64,000 nt of DNA from an uncultured Bacilli bacterium (lineage in GTDB: Bacteria; Bacillota_I; Bacilli_A; RF39; UBA660). This document shows positions 61,636 through 64,000 of the stretch, one piece after another. The notes beneath the pieces are model-generated. The model was given only the letters and a program-made list of their open reading frames with translations, was not told the origin of the DNA and did no database searches. The translations under genes and the position numbers were made by a program. Positions within the stretch are counted from its first letter, which is position 1. The number at the start of each line of letters is the position of its first letter. The stretch lies in the NCBI GenBank assembly GCA_934149325.1, contig CAKPEJ010000003.1, positions 11,142 through 75,141 of the forward strand, given 5' to 3'.

Positions 61636-62223
61636 ATGAAAGCAGAAAAAGTTGATGAGGTATATAGGAAATTAAGCCTTTGCGAAGAAAAACCAAAGAT
61701 TGGTGAATATTTTGGAGTTATTGAAGTAGTTAATTACGTTGTCCCATATTATTCTGACAAAAAATCATGCACTTATGGTATTGATTTCTTTGAAGAAGAT
61801 CAAGAATACGACATATTACTATTTAAAAAAATTGGTGAAGAAACTATTATAGAAGTATCAACAGGTATTCCATTTTTACTTAATCCAGATTATCAGGAAT
61901 ATCCTTACATTGGTGCATTAGAACATAATAAATATTTTCAAGAAAAATTTTTAAAATATAAAAAAGTTGGATTATCTATAATTAGTGATGATTATTTAAA
62001 AGTTAATGATGAATTTAAATTGTTATATTTTAAAGAGATGAATCAGGATTCAAAAGAAAAATTAAAAAATTATGCCAAAATAGCGCACGAAGAATTTGAC
62101 GATGCCTTCACTGAGATTATAAACAAAACTCAAGCTATTGCTTCAGTAGATAATGCAATGTATGATATGGAAAAAAAGTGTAAGGTTAAAGCATTAACAA
62201 AACCAAATGATGATCAAAAGTAA
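61636..62223 (+). CDS. Hypothetical protein
   Basis: Start MKAEKVDE after RBS AAGGAGG; no recognisable motifs. Confidence 0.3.
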   Translation: MKAEKVDEVYRKLSLCEEKPKIGEYFGVIEVVNYVVPYYSDKKSCTYGIDFFEEDQEYDILLFKKIGEETIIEVSTGIPFLLNPDYQEYPYIGALEHNKYFQEKFLKYKKVGLSIISDDYLKVNDEFKLLYFKEMNQDSKEKLKNYAKIAHEEFDDAFTEIINKTQAIASVDNAMYDMEKKCKVKALTKPNDDQK

Positions 62224-62287
62224 TCATCATTTTTTTACTAGTTTTTTTCTTAAATTTATGGTAAAATTTTCTTCAGAGGTGAAATTT

Positions 62288-62926
62288 ATGCGTTATAATG
62301 TTGTAAAGAATGCTAGTAGTATATTAGATACAAGTAAATATTTAATAAAAAATCCTGAAAATTATAAGGGAAAATGGAAAGAAGTTTTTTGTAATAACAA
62401 TCCTATTTGTATAGAATTAGGAATGGGAAGAGGTAGTTTTATTATTGAAATGGCTAAGAAACATCCTAATATTAATTATATAGGTATTGAGCTTGATAGA
62501 TCACAAACTGCAACTGCAATTAATAATATTAGAGGTAATGAACTAAAAAATTTAAGAATGATATGTTCTGATGCAAGAAATATAATAGACTTTTTTGGAA
62601 AAGAAATTGATACTATTTATTTAACATTTTCAGAACCATGGCCAAAAAAACAAGATGAAAAGAAGAGATTTACTCATGAAAGTTATTTAAGACTTTATGA
62701 TAGAGTTTTTAAGAAAAATAAACATATTGTTTTAAAGACAGATAATAAAATATTATTTTCATCAGCTTTAGAAAGTTTAAGTTCTTATTGGTATATTTTT
62801 GATAAGGTAAGTTTAGATTTACACAATGATGAAAGAAATATAGAAAATGTTATGACAGATTTTGAAAAGCAATATTTTAAAGAAAAAAGACCAATATTTT
62901 ATGTTGATGCAAGTTTTGAAAATTAA
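62288..62926 (+). CDS. trmB: tRNA (guanine46-N7)-methyltransferase TrmB
   Basis: [30 protein letters not shown]. Confidence 0.85.
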   Translation: MRYNVVKNASSILDTSKYLIKNPENYKGKWKEVFCNNNPICIELGMGRGSFIIEMAKKHPNINYIGIELDRSQTATAINNIRGNELKNLRMICSDARNIIDFFGKEIDTIYLTFSEPWPKKQDEKKRFTHESYLRLYDRVFKKNKHIVLKTDNKILFSSALESLSSYWYIFDKVSLDLHNDERNIENVMTDFEKQYFKEKRPIFYVDASFEN

Positions 62927-62946
62927 TAAGGAAAGGAGGACTTTTG

Positions 62947-64000
62947 ATGTTTGTAGATGAAGTTGTTATAAATGTTAAAGCCGGTGATGGTGGAGACGGT
63001 TGTACTGGCTTTAGAAGAGAAAAATATATTCCAATGGGTGGACCTGCTGGAGGAAATGGTGGAAGAGGAGCAAGTATTATATTTAAAGTTGATTTAGGAT
63101 TAAAAACGCTTCTTGATTTAAAATATAAAAAACTTATTAAAGCTCCAAAAGGTGCAAATGGACTAGGAAGTAATAAGAATGGTAAAAATGCTGAAGATAT
63201 AATTATAAAGGTTCCACAAGGTACTACTATAAAAGATGCAGATACTAATTTAATAATAGCAGATTTAACTAAAAAGAATGATGAAGTAGTAGTTGCAAAA
63301 GGTGGTAGAGGTGGAAGAGGTAATACTGCTTTCGCAACTCATAATAATCCTGCTCCTAATTTTTCTGAAAATGGTGAACCAGGTGAAGAGAGAAAATTAA
63401 AAGTAGAACTTAAACTTTTAGCAGATGTTGGTTTTGTTGGAATGCCTAGTGTAGGTAAAAGTACACTTTTATCTAAAATATCAGCATCAAAACCTAAGAT
63501 AGCAGCATATCATTTTACAACATTGACTCCAAATTTAGGAGTTGTAAAAACAATTGATGGAAGAGTTTTTGTTGCAGCTGACCTTCCTGGACTTATAGAA
63601 GGTGCGTCTCTAGGACAAGGGTTAGGTGATCAATTTTTAAAACATATAGAGAGAACTAGAGTAATTGCGCATATTATTGATATGAGTGGTTTAGAAGGTA
63701 GAAATCCTTATGATGATTATGTAAAAATAAATAAAGAATTAGAAGATTTTAATCCTAAAATTTTAAAAAAACCACAAATTATAATTGCTAATAAAATGGA
63801 TCTTTCTTCATCAAAAGAAAATTTAATAGAATTTAAAGAAAAAGTAAAGTTACCAGTTTATGAAATATCTGCTTTAAATAATGAAGGTATTGATAACGTA
63901 TTAATCAAAATAGCAGATATATTAGATAGTGAAGAAGAAAATAATGTATATGAAGAAGATGAATTTGAAAGTCATGTTCTATACAAATTTGAAAAGGAAC
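62947..64000 (+). CDS. obg: GTPase Obg (3'-partial; runs off the window)
   Basis: [49 protein letters not shown]; G domain GMPSVGKST...[10 protein letters not shown]. Confidence 0.85.
   Translation, partial: MFVDEVVINVKAGDGGDGCTGFRREKYIPMGGPAGGNGGRGASIIFKVDLGLKTLLDLKYKKLIKAPKGANGLGSNKNGKNAEDIIIKVPQGTTIKDADTNLIIADLTKKNDEVVVAKGGRGGRGNTAFATHNNPAPNFSENGEPGEERKLKVELKLLADVGFVGMPSVGKSTLLSKISASKPKIAAYHFTTLTPNLGVVKTIDGRVFVAADLPGLIEGASLGQGLGDQFLKHIERTRVIAHIIDMSGLEGRNPYDDYVKINKELEDFNPKILKKPQIIIANKMDLSSSKENLIEFKEKVKLPVYEISALNNEGIDNVLIKIADILDSEEENNVYEEDEFESHVLYKFEKE

Overview
This is a very AT-rich Firmicutes window from an endospore-forming, Clostridia-like genome. The case for sporulation rests on a near-canonical sigG at the 5' edge, a ylmC/ymxH homologue, a SipW-type peptidase and spoVD-like PBPs. 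The backbone is a fragmented division/cell-wall (dcw) cluster: mraZ-rsmH-ftsL-PBP, then inserted material, then mraY-ftsW, then inserted material, then murG-ftsQ-ftsA-ftsZ. Housekeeping genes are present as well: rnc, typA, hemW, pyk, glmS with its ribozyme, nrdD, mutS, rpe, dnaE, rpmB, rplU-prp-rpmA, trmB and obg. Three regions are not explained by ordinary annotation. (1) The second class-B PBP of the dcw cluster is split into a 5' part on the minus strand (18.8-20.0 kb) and a 3' part on the plus strand (29.8-30.5 kb). The junctions have the architecture of large-serine-recombinase attL/attR sites in inverted orientation, and a large serine recombinase gene sits just inside the right junction. 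This looks like a programmed 11-kb inversion that reconstitutes a spoVD-position PBP, analogous to the skin element but working by inversion. (2) Between ftsW and glmS there is a tandem array (period 367-388 bp, 3.4 copies). Each unit has a strong promoter driving a roughly 110-nt structured RNA that ends in a terminator, and a convergent, 3'-overlapping gene for a 27-30 aa hydrophobic peptide with its own promoter and an SD-sequestering 5' UTR. This is the layout of type I toxin-antitoxin modules, and the last unit is an orphan RNA. (3) Inside the dcw cluster there is a TasA/camelysin-like module: three secreted proteins with SipW-cognate-type signal peptides plus a SipW-type signal peptidase fused to a large polytopic N-terminal domain. 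Other points are the MraZ-box triplet at mraZ, the L21 leader, a dockerin-bearing putative peptidoglycan hydrolase, and a MarR/ABC-exporter unit with an unusual extracytoplasmic insert.
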